A DNA stretch of 63,061 bases, counting the filler, from Globobulimina sp. (taxonomy: Eukaryota), in the NCBI GenBank assembly GCA_003354225.1. It is 21 parts of 21 records of this genome, joined end to end, with 100 filler letters (N's around TTAATTAATTAA, not from the genome) between each part and the next. Parts side by side here need not be neighbours in the genome. Positions count along the whole stretch, not along the records: positions 12,040 to 14,948 come from PIVH01004400.1; positions 15,049 to 17,957 come from PIVH01004401.1; positions 18,058 to 20,966 come from PIVH01004402.1; positions 21,067 to 23,975 come from PIVH01004403.1; positions 24,076 to 26,983 come from PIVH01004404.1; 16 more parts are not named here. One strand, 5' to 3'. The notes under the pieces are model-generated. The model was not told the DNA's origin, searched no databases, and saw nothing but the letters and a program-made list of their open reading frames with translations. Both the position numbers and the translations under genes were made by a program. Shown piece after piece: positions 13,005 through 24,710 of this stretch; the first letter of the stretch is position 1, and the number at the start of each line of letters is the position of its first letter.

Positions 13005-13184
13005 TTAAAATATCACATTTGTTTTTTGTACATAATATACTAAATATAGTAAATATTGTTTAAGCTTAATATTTTGTAGGCATGTGTTTGTGAATTTTAT
13101 TTAGATATAGGTGTTTTCTATATTTGTGTTGTCATTTTTAATCTTAGTCCAAAAAACATCACATGAAAAACATCAACCTTGATA

Positions 13185-14732
13185 ATGGCAGCTGTGACAG
13201 TCAAATGGATTATTTGGTTGTTTTTTGGATGTATCTGTTGGTTTTGTCTAACCCCTACAATCTCTTATTTTATTTTCAAATTCTCCAAATACAAACATCC
13301 CGTCATAATGGATAAACGTCATCGAAAATTAACAATTGTTTTAGCCGCATTCGCCGTAATCAACATCTGTATAGAATTCCCCTTAACGTTATTGACATGG
13401 ACCCTCAATGAGAAAGCCGTCGACCACATCGATATCCATCATAACCATACCACCAACACCGTATCGATTGTTATTTACTACGCCGAGCTAATATGCAAGA
13501 ATATGACCATCCATCCTTTATCTTGGCTGTTACTGTTAAAATATTGGCTAATTCATTTTAATGTGGAATGGACAAAAAATTCATTAGACAGCAAATGGAA
13601 AATACATTTAAACCATAAAAAATATAAACAAAATTGGTATTTAAAGCACAACGCAACATACGGCAAATTGTCCTATACATTGCCAAGAATGTTCCTATTT
13701 TTATCCATATGTATTGCAGCAAATATATTCCTTACCATCGTCATCTATGGCAATGGCGTTGCCCTCGTTACTTTTCTCAATGTCTCATTACACTTTTTCC
13801 CAATGCTCGCAATGATGATTTTATTTTTTAAGATGCGCAAATTCAAAGAAAACTTCCATATCATCCAGGAAATGGGGCAAATCACATTAATATGCATGCT
13901 TAGTTTGATTGTTTATGGGCTAATTGGATTAATGTCGTATGTTGGTATATTACCATTGTATACACGCCATGTTTGCGTCACTGTATTAGGCACAATCTCT
14001 CTGTTTATCACATATATGGTACAGTTGTGGTGGGTGATGCGTATTATTGATATGGAAAATATTGATTCAGTGTCTGTTAACGACTCTGATTATGATGAGC
14101 TGGATTTCAATGCGTTGGGTTTGGTGTTGGAAAGAAAGGAATCATTGGAAGTATTTATTGAGCATTTATGCAAAGAATGGAGCTTGGAAATATTATTGGC
14201 GATAATTGAGATGAGTCAGCTGCAGGATTTAATAAAAGGAGATCTAGATATTGGGAATGTAGAGATGTGTACGTTACAAAGCGTGCAACAAAGTATATTG
14301 TCGAGTGAGTGCATTCCGCAGTCATATATTGTATGTCATGAATCTGTGAAAGAATTAATAAATGAATATGGTATTAATATTAATGTTGACGGAGTGGAAG
14401 ATAATATTTTTGAATTTAAAATAAAATTATATTTGCTGTATAGGAAATATATTGATGATATATCTGAATTTCAATTAAATATTTCTGGTAAAGATAAAAG
14501 TAAATTCGATTCGTTGATGAATAATGTCGGTTGTTTTATTAATCAAATAAATATGACAAAATATGAGTTATTTACAGTGTATAGCAGTACTGTCAATGAG
14601 TTGATATTATTGTTGTTTGTGTCTTATATGAGATTTGTATCAAACCAAAATAAAAAAGATAATATTGGTGTTCTTAAATTGGTGGCTGACATTTCAATGA
14701 GTTCAAGGTCCCCATCAGAATGTCACCTTTAA
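13185..14732 (+). CDS. Multi-pass (7TM-like) protein with C-terminal RGS domain
   Basis: About 7 hydrophobic segments, then FIEHLCKEWSLEILL and LYRKYID..SEFQLNIS RGS motifs. Confidence 0.8.
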   Translation: MAAVTVKWIIWLFFGCICWFCLTPTISYFIFKFSKYKHPVIMDKRHRKLTIVLAAFAVINICIEFPLTLLTWTLNEKAVDHIDIHHNHTTNTVSIVIYYAELICKNMTIHPLSWLLLLKYWLIHFNVEWTKNSLDSKWKIHLNHKKYKQNWYLKHNATYGKLSYTLPRMFLFLSICIAANIFLTIVIYGNGVALVTFLNVSLHFFPMLAMMILFFKMRKFKENFHIIQEMGQITLICMLSLIVYGLIGLMSYVGILPLYTRHVCVTVLGTISLFITYMVQLWWVMRIIDMENIDSVSVNDSDYDELDFNALGLVLERKESLEVFIEHLCKEWSLEILLAIIEMSQLQDLIKGDLDIGNVEMCTLQSVQQSILSSECIPQSYIVCHESVKELINEYGININVDGVEDNIFEFKIKLYLLYRKYIDDISEFQLNISGKDKSKFDSLMNNVGCFINQINMTKYELFTVYSSTVNELILLLFVSYMRFVSNQNKKDNIGVLKLVADISMSSRSPSECHL

Positions 14733-15132
14733 CTTTCATTTAGTTTCATTAAATTAATATATGAATTAATTATTTTCCCTTTGTTTCCGCAGATTTGGTA
14801 TACACAGCACTTCTCTCATGGCATGGCTTCATGACACTTTTAAATTATACAAATTTTTGGCAGCATATCAAAGTGGATATGAGGCTGGTTTTAAAATGGG
14901 TTTACTTGAACGCCACCTTCAAATACAAACTAAACTACCACCGATCGANNNNNNNNNNNNNNNNNNNNNNNNNNNNNNNNNNNNNNNNNNNNTTAATTAA
15001 TTAANNNNNNNNNNNNNNNNNNNNNNNNNNNNNNNNNNNNNNNNNNNNGCCCATGGTCAGCAAACTTAGTTACAAAGTGAAGCACTCAAATGTTAGTAAA
15101 AATAGAAAATTTAAATGTTGATTGAAGAAATG

Positions 15133-15341
15133 AACTTTTTTGGCTTAGTTTCGTTTCATTTCATTTCAACGATTAGCAAAGTTTTTGGGTTAGCTAGAGT
15201 GCTTTTCAACTTCGAATACTAGGATTACTAGGTTATCGAATACTAGATCAACTTCGAATACTAGGTTGAAAACCACTTTAGCTAACCAAAAACTTAGCTA
15301 ATCGTTGAAATGAAATGAAACGAAACTAAGCCAAAAAAGTT
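15133..15341. mobile_element. Foldback / MITE-like element with ~78-bp inverted arms
   Basis: aacttttttggcttagtttcgtttcatttcatttcaacgattagc... is mirrored at the right end; core of repeated tcgaatactag; no clear TSD. Confidence 0.75.
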
Positions 15342-15880
15342 AACTGAGGCACTGATATAAATAATTTCGTTGTTGGTTTAATTTTTAGACAATGAGACGG
15401 AAATTTGAGATAGAATCAAAATTTTATTAATACAATGTGTGATAATTGATGTGTTAAGCACCTCCTGCTTCTATTATATATTTCTGATGAGTTACTATAG
15501 CTAGTGTTCTAGCAAATGTCGACTAGCGACATTTCTCTATGATGAATGTCAAGCAATGTGTTCCACTACATTAATGCCAGTGAATTTGAATCAGAAACAA
15601 TTGATTGAAGTGACAAATAAGCTTTTCACATTTTACTAACACAGGAGGAAGATACCACCATCTTCCAACAAAGATTCAATCAACATAATATTATTTCAAT
15701 CATGAGTTTATATTAAATGGTGTGCAGCTGAAAATACATAATCAACAAATCCGGATATAGCAAATACCGCTAAATATAGAAAATCACGGGACACAACAAA
15801 ACACCAATTGCAAATCACGTGACACAACAAAACAAAGCAAGCGAACTAGGTCATTATTTTGCATTTTCTCAATCAAAGAA

Positions 15881-16783
15881 ATGAATCCGGATCTGCCAAA
15901 TTGGAAATCATGCATTGCTGCGGCAATGTACTTGTTTCTGATCATATCATCACCGATTTTACCTGTATTGATTTGTAGCATTTTCACCCCAATTCCAACC
16001 ACACTCATTGTATTGGGACACTGCAGTTTATTGTTCTTCTCAAGTTGGTATTTAAATTTTCTTAGAATGATTTTAAAACCCATCAGACTCAAACTGGAAT
16101 ATTTGACGATGACAGATTATTTTCGCTCTCAAAAAAAATTGGAAATGCCAGCTTATTACAAAGATTTACGGCCCTACAAAAACATAAACGAAATTTTTGC
16201 TAAAAAATCGAAATCAATGCGGAAAAAGAGAGTGAAAATGTTGAAAACTGTCCCCAACAAAATGAAAGAATTGGACGTAAAAATCAATAAGCTTGAATCT
16301 GAACAATTGATGATTAAACATGAACACATCAAATTATTATGGGATCACTGTCATCATACGCATCGAAACAACAGAACATTAGGTTTGTTTATATTTTTGG
16401 CAGAACTGATTGCTTTAGTGATATTTGCACCAGTAATGATTATGGAATTTGAAATTCACAACAAAATGGTGGCGGTTGCTACCATTCACTGTCGACACAA
16501 AACGTGGACCAATCATGTGTTTGCCTGTCACCATGATTATATGAAATGCATGTTGTATTTCGAAAGTTACAGACAAATATACACTGAAATTCTCAACAGA
16601 GACAATGTACATTTTTTCTTCGCTGGATCGGCTTGGATGAACAATGATGGACAAATTAATCAAAACACACTGAGGGCAAAAAAAGCTGCAGGTTTAGATT
16701 TGTTGAAATTGTACGAATTAGATGAAACAAAGGAACACGAAAAGTTGTTTGACGAAATGATGTTTCCGAGTTTAAATCAATGA
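15881..16783 (+). CDS. Membrane-anchored hypothetical protein, possible GNAT/FemAB-like fold
   Basis: Intronless 300-aa ORF with N-terminal TM hairpin; C-terminal MVAVA...LYFESY...FFAG...AKKAAG pattern (weak). Confidence 0.45.
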   Translation: MNPDLPNWKSCIAAAMYLFLIISSPILPVLICSIFTPIPTTLIVLGHCSLLFFSSWYLNFLRMILKPIRLKLEYLTMTDYFRSQKKLEMPAYYKDLRPYKNINEIFAKKSKSMRKKRVKMLKTVPNKMKELDVKINKLESEQLMIKHEHIKLLWDHCHHTHRNNRTLGLFIFLAELIALVIFAPVMIMEFEIHNKMVAVATIHCRHKTWTNHVFACHHDYMKCMLYFESYRQIYTEILNRDNVHFFFAGSAWMNNDGQINQNTLRAKKAAGLDLLKLYELDETKEHEKLFDEMMFPSLNQ

Positions 16784-19091
16784 AAATTCCCCTAAAAGTC
16801 CGACGTTTTTATTTTTGAATCTGTAAATTTCGATCGATCAAATTTCCTTGACTTGATTTTTCAGGAATTCGGACCAAATGTTTGCTTTCTCTTCGTATGA
16901 CTTTTCAAAGACGCTTTGAGTGTGAATTTCTTGTGACAGACATTAAATTTGAATCTTATTGCGATTGATGAAAGATTGAGGAATTAAGTGGGTATTGAAC
17001 TGACTGGACATTTAAATGTGGTTTCTGATCTCTTTAGAATTTCAGAAAACTTTCAAGTCCTAGTCCTTTCAATAGCCGTTCGAGTTTTTAGTCTAACGCT
17101 GCTGACACGTCTACCATCGATACAATCTCTGTCTTCCGTCCTTGGTTAGTCAACACAAATGCTCCAAATCCGAGTATCAATTTCTCAGAAACGATAATAA
17201 TGTATTTATCATTGCAAATTTGAAACATTGACAATCATTGCCTGATTGGAGCGAGTTTGGAATACATGAATGATGGATTAATATTAATTCGAGTGTTAGC
17301 AAGCAATACATGCATACTATCACTCCTTCAAATCTCCTTAGCATCATGCGATCACAAGTCAATGCAAATCATTCAACTCCTAGTCGCACAGTGTCAGAAA
17401 CGTTAATAAATTCCAAATTCTGAAACACAAAATCTATCATTATTATTAATACAATCACAATTGGAACGAGTTTGGAATGCAACTTTGGCCATTGTCGTTG
17501 GTATATCCACATTTTTGTTTCGGTATGTATCAAACCCTGCGATATGTTTGTTTGCATTGTTTACTGTTTCTGTTGTCAGATAGGCAATAATTTGGGGGAA
17601 TCGTGACTGACTATTTGTGGAATGTCTGTGAGAGAGGCTTTTGAATGAATGTGACGAAGACATGCTGAGTTACTGTAGCAAGTGAAGTTTTTCGGAGATG
17701 ATGAAAATAATGGGCTCGATCACGGCACAGAATGCCACAGATTCAACACACATTACGACACGACACCACAAACATCAACCCGAAAAATCAAACATGAGGA
17801 TTGAGACTGAAGCCGAGAGAATTTACAACTGAGAAATGGCAAAAACACACAAACACGCGCAAAATGTGATCCGATATCACTGTTCGCATAAACGAATGGG
17901 ATATGGGCATCTCTTCCATGGCGACGATCTCTCGAATGTTTCCATCATTGTAACCATNNNNNNNNNNNNNNNNNNNNNNNNNNNNNNNNNNNNNNNNNNN
18001 NTTAATTAATTAANNNNNNNNNNNNNNNNNNNNNNNNNNNNNNNNNNNNNNNNNNNNCCTGTTAACTAAACTTATGGTCAAACTTGTTGACAGATGGTCT
18101 TATCCATGGTTGCTTGCAGCTTTACTTTCACTCGATCTCACCAAATTGTCATCATTATTTGTAGGTTATTATTTTGTACCATTTACCCATTTATTGTTCA
18201 TCATCGTTTATTATAGCTTGATTCGGCTTGGATTAAGGGTGGCCAGGATGTATTGCAGCCTTTTATTCGAAGCAGTTTGTTGTCTGCAGCTTCGCCATAT
18301 GTCTCAGTTAGATGTCTCCGTGGTTTGGGCACTCATTATGATTTACTTGCACATGGCATATCTAATTGTCTGAGTGAAGGATCATTTCACATTCGGTTGC
18401 GTTGTGCTCTTCTGATGCCAATTGATCAGGTAAAGCCGTTGTATATTTTAATGCATTTAGATTTCATGTAAGTGCATGGCTAATTATACCGTATTTTTAT
18501 TGTTTTTATTTCAGTTTATGTCCATAGTCTATTGTTTTTACAAAACCCAAAGCACTGGAAGAAGGCGGCGGCAGTTAACAGTCGACTTTTTAAGAATCCC
18601 ATCGACAGCCGGACATGACGATAAGCAAAATATGATATGCCTCAGGAAATGTATTGCTACATTTTGTTTTATGAATCGTATTCAAGTGAATTTTTTTGTA
18701 AATTGTTGGGGTGCAACTGGAGGTTCGTGGTGCGTGATGAAAAGGGACTTGGAAATTGTACGACTAGTAAGAGCTACGGGGACTTGGTTAGTGTACGATT
18801 GGTAAATGCATTTTTGCATAAATGCACTGTATATACTGTATTATGTACATAATGAACCATGCTGTATCATTTGATTGTAGTTGGACTATGTGCATGTTTA
18901 ATGTGCCCTTTCTCTCTTTTACATATTTTATGCGGAAATCGTACAAGATACATTGTACAATGTAGGGGAGAGAGATGAGCTCAGTCATCATGATGCAGTG
19001 CCAGTTTTGTCTTTTTTGAACAAGTCTAATTTAAATATCCATCTTGTCTCTATTTTATCTAATTTTTCAGTACAACTTGTACTCTTGTTTT

Positions 19092-19182
19092 TTTATGCTT
19101 GGGCCAACTCTAGTATGTGTCTTACTGTATGATGTTTATGCTTGGGCCAACTCTAGTATGTGTCTTACTGTATGATGTTTAT
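19092..19182. repeat. Perfect 43-bp tandem duplication
   Basis: tttatgcttgggccaactctagtatgtgtcttactgtatgatg twice. Confidence 0.95.
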
Positions 19183-19486
19183 TGAATTGTGCTGGACTAA
19201 GTTGATTTGTTTTTGGACAGATAAAAGTAAAAGTGCATATCTCCAGATCTTAGGAGAAGAACTTAGGGTGCGTAAAGTTTTATGTATGCATTCTATCCAC
19301 ATTTTTGAAGTACATTGACGTGATCTTGTATAAAACATTTTTTTAATTTTGCCAAGAACCCTTTATTCAAATTTTATTCAGTTTAATTCTGTATTTTTAT
19401 TTACTATTTATTCACTATACTTTTGGCATACTTTTGCATAATATGTATTTTTGTGTATACATAGTTTCGTCAAATCATTTTATTCA

Positions 19487-20697
19487 ATGGCCGAATCAAA
19501 GTCAGTTGAGTCCGACATTGATGAATGTGAAATTGGTCCTTGTCTGCTGCCCTTGTCCCATCAGGACATGTCAAATAATGTGGTATCTCAGCAAGTACGC
19601 CACAATTTTTTACTGTTAAATTTACACCGTACCTACTTACTTTAGAGAAATGATGATGTTGAAAGTGGAACTGCTGATGAGACTGAAGAATTGCCGACAG
19701 GAGTTCTTTATGGCCGAGAACATTTCTCTTACTCCATTACTGATCATATATGGGTACTCAACCCTGGCTACTTGACCTCTAATAAACCAGTAATTTAAAT
19801 TTTATTTTTTATCTAAAGTTTTCGTTGCGCTGAAGCGCCGGAACACTAAATGACACTTTGCTTTGGAATTAGTGTGTTGTCCTACATACTTACTGTACTT
19901 GTACGTACAATATACAATGTACATTACATAGGTCATGTATTTTATGTTTCAGGTTCATCGGTATCTCAGTCATCATGTGGAAAGTATTGGAACTGGTGCT
20001 GTTGAACGACAAACGAGCAGCATCGCTAGACCACCATTCCCAAATCGACCACCAAGGCCATTGATCGCTAGACCACCGTTCCCAAATCGACCACCAATGA
20101 CATTGATCGCTAGACCACCGTTCCCAAATCGACCACCAAGGCCATTGGTCGCTAGACCACCGTTCGTGTATGTGTAATCACTACCTATGTTTATCTTATG
20201 ATACCGATAGAACGACGCCAATCTAAAACTCATACTGTAACGTAACGTTTATTAAACTGACTGATAGTCACAAAAAGTTGAAATGTTAATAGACTGACAG
20301 TGAAGAGTGTTGTTATGCATTGTTTATTTTAGTGTAGCAAATTCGTCATGTCCAGAGCCAAAACAATATATACATAGAACTGGGAATGTTGTGGAATATG
20401 ATGAAAATTGGTACCTAATAAACATAACATAATATTGGACTTCTAATAACAAAAAAACATTTTAGGCGACTTCCGGATGAATCGTACCCTGATATTGTGG
20501 CACTCAATGAGCAGTATGTACAAGTGTACGACAATAACGATTATAATGACACATTTGGATCAAGTACATCTGCTGAATCGCTCACATCGGAAGCCAATGA
20601 TCACTTTTACAATCAACAAATCAAGGACTATGACAGTGACAACGGACGTCGGGAATGTCGCGGTTTTTGCAAAAGAGGACATTTCTATATAGATTAG
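19487..20697 (+). CDS. Five-exon hypothetical protein with Pro/Arg repeat (exons 19487-19594, 19646-19789, 19953-20167, 20333-20410, 20466-20697)
   Basis: Four GT-AG introns join the short ORF pieces into one uninterrupted frame. Confidence 0.65.
20022..20165 (+). repeat. Coding minisatellite, 42-bp unit about 3.4 times (IARPPFPNRPPRPL)
   Basis: atcgctagaccaccgttcccaaatcgaccaccaaggccattg repeated. Confidence 0.95.
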
Positions 20698-21519
20698 AAT
20701 GGTTTTTACATACTGCATTACTAAATTGTTTTCTGCTTTTCGCTTTGTTTTGCAAACTTTTGTTAATATTTAATGTATATGTTGATAGACTAAGATTATA
20801 ACTTTAACAGCCTTAATTCAAAGTTTGTTTCAGTTTGATACTGTGTATTTTATACTGAATTTTTACCTTCACTGTGATTGCCATTGTGACGGTGACTGTC
20901 AGTCACGCACTATTACTGTGACTGTAACACTTTGTCACGAACTGTGACTAATAAATTGTGACTGTGNNNNNNNNNNNNNNNNNNNNNNNNNNNNNNNNNN
21001 NNNNNNNNNNTTAATTAATTAANNNNNNNNNNNNNNNNNNNNNNNNNNNNNNNNNNNNNNNNNNNNGGCTATCTGCCGCGTGTCGCTCAGGTAGAAAACG
21101 TAGCAATCGTCATTTATAAAGCCGAACCACCCTATTCTCCCTCTCCCATATTTAATGGAGATGGGATTGTAGTTGATTTAAAAAGAGTTGCCAAATGATT
21201 AATTCCTAGTAATGTAAACAGTACAATCAGTCCTGGAATGATATCAAAGCAACCTTTTTGGGACGCAGTTGGTGGTGGTATACGTTCCATATTTTCTTGA
21301 GCATAAAACCACGGTGCAACATGAGAATAGTGTTCATTGTTTGATTCAAACTCTTTAACATGATTCCATATTATATTCCAGTCTTCAATGGAACAATTGC
21401 AATGTTGTAAAAATCCGTTAAATCGTTCAAATTTGGCGATAGTAGAACATGATCGCCTTGACAAAGTTTTTAATTTATGTAAGTTTTTCATTTTTTGACA
21501 TTTTTTTGTTGCAAACCCG

Positions 21520-22639
21520 ATGGACACCTTCGAAGCTGCTGATAAATGGATTACAATCTCAAACAATGGGAAAACTGTCACAAATAATGGTAGTTGGTAT
21601 GGCAATGCATATGGAAGTATAGGAATTGAATCAAACAGCAAAAATAAATATAAATGGAGGTTAACATGTAAGAAAAGGAGTGGTTCGATGTATATTGGTA
21701 TTCAATCAAACAGGAATGTTAATGGTGGCCATAAAAAGATAGATTATGGATACAGCGGATATACCGATATAGTGGCAAGAAATACAATTTATGGAAAAAG
21801 GAAGAATATGGAATTGAATGGAGTTCCTGTGATGTAATTGAAATGAGAGTTGATTTTGGAAAACAAGAAATGGGATATAAAGTAAATGGAATTGATCAAG
21901 GAATTGCTTTTAGGAATCTTCAGTTGGGAAAAACATATTATTTGGTTGTTGGAATGGTATGCTATGAAGATAGCATTTTTTTAAATGATTTTAATGAAAT
22001 TGAAGAGAAAGAAAATGATTTTAAACAAAGTGAAATTGCCAAATTAAAGGAGAAAAACGATAAATTAGAAAAAGAGAAAGCAGTCATCACCAACCAATGT
22101 GAGAGGATATTAGATGAAGCAATCAATAATCAACAAAATCAAGTTGAAACATTTTACTTTTCTTTCTTTATTTTGTATATAAATCAACATAAAAACAGAA
22201 GAAACAATTTGATGCTGAAAATAATGCATTAAAACAGCAAATAAATGGAATGAGAGAAGAAATAAATAAATTAAAAAGAGAAATAAATAATTTATTGGAT
22301 GATAAAAAAGAAATGGAATTGGAAATAAATCGGAATAATTTGGATTATTCGTTATGGCGGGAATGGGATTCAAAAAAAGTATTTTATTTTATTATGAACA
22401 CAGTGAATGATGACTCCTTAAAACCATATCAAGAAAATATTAAAAAAGAAATATTTGGATCTGAATACACTGGAAAAGATTTAGCAGATATTGAAAAAGA
22501 TGATGTTAAATCAATGGGAATTAAAAAAATCAGTGCAAGAAATGTTGTTAATAAAGCCATTCAAAAACTTATTCAAAATAAATCGCAAATGAATGAAGAA
22601 ATTGCTTCAAACGAACCAACTCCATACATTTCACATTAA
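21520..22639 (+). CDS. SPRY + coiled-coil + SAM-like protein; frameshift near 21795, intron 22143-22198
   Basis: ISNNGKTV..YG..KWR..YIGI, (shifted) YGIEW..DVIEMRVDF..YKVNGIDQGIAF; C-terminal WDSKKV..TGKDL..DVKSMGIK. Confidence 0.75.
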
Positions 22640-22852
22640 TTATGATAACGGCCGGTTTTCGAAATGATATTACGGCTTTTGGATAAATAAAAACATCATT
22701 TCGAAATCCGTAAATCTGGCTAAATTCATGGCCTTTTGTGTAACAAAAAAAGCAGTTTCGAGATTGATACAAGATTCTCCTTCGATAATTCTTGAATTTT
22801 CGGCAACGCTGAAATAAAAATTGAACCAACAAAACAAAACTTAATAATTAAA

Positions 22853-23815
22853 TCACATGACAATGCATTCTTGATTGCTGAAATCACGTAAGTTCTCTTT
22901 ATCAATTTGGAGTTTAGTGCTTTTACCATGAACCTTTAATTCATATTCAATTAATCGCTTAAAAAATCCTTCATTTGGTCGAATTCTTGGTCTACTTTGT
23001 TGACATAATTTATATCCATCATATAATGTATAATGTTTCCCTTTCATTAAATATGCCAACACCAATGTCGTAGATCGTGATATTCCCATTTGGCAATGTA
23101 TAAAAACACTATTATCCTTATTTTGTAATGCAGCGTCAACAAAAACGACTGTTTTATCAAAATATTTTTCAATGGGCGCAGAAGGGACATCACCCAGTGA
23201 TATTTTCAATATTTCAAATTGATTCGTATCAAATACTTCTTGTGTAGCGTCAACAATATGTGTTATTCCTAATTCTTTTAAGCTTTTCATACTTTTTCTG
23301 TTCCACATATCGCCCAAATATAATCTATCAACGATATAATTTGGATATTTCTTCCATTTTTCTGGCGACGCGTTTGATTCCATTTTTTTGTACTCTTCAA
23401 CGGATAAGCACAAATATGGGTAACTCCTTTGAAACGCAGAAAAATCAAAATCATCTCTTGTCACTCGAAATGTTTTGCAATTTTTTACTGTTTGGCAATA
23501 AAGAAATAATTTTTCATAGACTTGATGATCCGTATTATTTTTGGAAGTATAGCAAATTATTTTTTTGGTGGATCTAATGAGTGCTTTTTCAGGATAATTT
23601 GTGTCGACATGAATTGCAGAATGAATATGTGATTTTTCATAATCATCCCACTCTCTTAAATCAAGAAATTGTGCTCCATTGACATAACCATTAAATACGT
23701 CATGTATATCACAATCATTCTGTATTCCTTTCTTATTTATGTTGTCAGCTTGTTTCAAATCATCCCCTTCAATTTTGTGCTCTACTGATTCTGTTGACGC
23801 TTTATTTTGCAGCAT
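22853..23815 (-). CDS. Dual-specificity (MAPK-type) phosphatase with rhodanese domain and C-terminal CaaX
   Basis: LDLRE..DYEKSHIHSAI, IHCQMGISRS, IRPNEGF; ends CIVM*. Confidence 0.92.
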   Translation of the reverse strand: MLQNKASTESVEHKIEGDDLKQADNINKKGIQNDCDIHDVFNGYVNGAQFLDLREWDDYEKSHIHSAIHVDTNYPEKALIRSTKKIICYTSKNNTDHQVYEKLFLYCQTVKNCKTFRVTRDDFDFSAFQRSYPYLCLSVEEYKKMESNASPEKWKKYPNYIVDRLYLGDMWNRKSMKSLKELGITHIVDATQEVFDTNQFEILKISLGDVPSAPIEKYFDKTVVFVDAALQNKDNSVFIHCQMGISRSTTLVLAYLMKGKHYTLYDGYKLCQQSRPRIRPNEGFFKRLIEYELKVHGKSTKLQIDKENLRDFSNQECIVM

Positions 23816-24408
23816 GAGCCAATTTTAAGTAAACCTTTTTAATTAGGGCTTTCCGATAAGTACTGTTTTTTTTTGCTGTTCAAAAACGTTTTTTGCTTTT
23901 TTTCATGATCCTGTCGAACACCTCACCAATCGCTATGTATGTGTCTTATCGTAATATATTATATTTAGTGGAGTTNNNNNNNNNNNNNNNNNNNNNNNNN
24001 NNNNNNNNNNNNNNNNNNNTTAATTAATTAANNNNNNNNNNNNNNNNNNNNNNNNNNNNNNNNNNNNNNNNNNNNAAAAATCTTTTGCCTTGTAAAAATG
24101 AACCAGAAACGCTTTGATATCCTTTTTGCTGAACAGAAGTCTTTTTGTTTTAAAATTCATATGTTATATATGAGTTGTAACAAAGACTTTTAATAAAAAC
24201 AAGTCCTTGTTCATTACATGTTGATGTTAATAAACAACACACGACTTTCTCATCAACGTTTTTTAATCAAATCATGATGAGAAACCAATATGAGAAACCA
24301 AACACATCATAATTAAATAACGATCAATCACCATCATAATAACAAAAATCTGAAAAACCAACGAGTTTCTCAATGGTTTCTAATGAGAAGGCACTATTTT
24401 GTAATAAT

Positions 24409-24455
24409 ATAGCATTAACATAAGAAAATAGCATTAACATAGCATTAATATGAAT
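24409..24455. repeat. Copy of the ATAGCATTAA repeat family seen at 1-220
   Basis: atagcattaacataagaaaatagcattaacatagcattaatatgaat. Confidence 0.7.
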
Positions 24456-24710
24456 ACATTTCTACCTACTTCAAAACAATCATTCTCACCATACGACACA
24501 ATTATTAGTCCCTTACGAACAATACATTCGCCATATTGCCTACATTGTCATTTAACTCGTGTCCAATCTTAAGACCATTAAATCCTGTCGTTTTTTGAAT
24601 AAATGCAAACGTTTAAAAACTGACTTTTTCTGTTTAAAAACAGATTTTTACGATAAAACAAAAATGCCTAATAGCCTCACCAATAAATCACTTTTTATGA
24701 AATATACAGT

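Noticed and set aside
17177-18991. Short ORFs either side of the 17958-18057 spacer
   Set aside because: No motifs and no consistent splice model found.
21132-21641. 169-aa minus-strand ORF as one gene
   Set aside because: Its first part is antisense to the SPRY gene and the rest has no recognisable motif.
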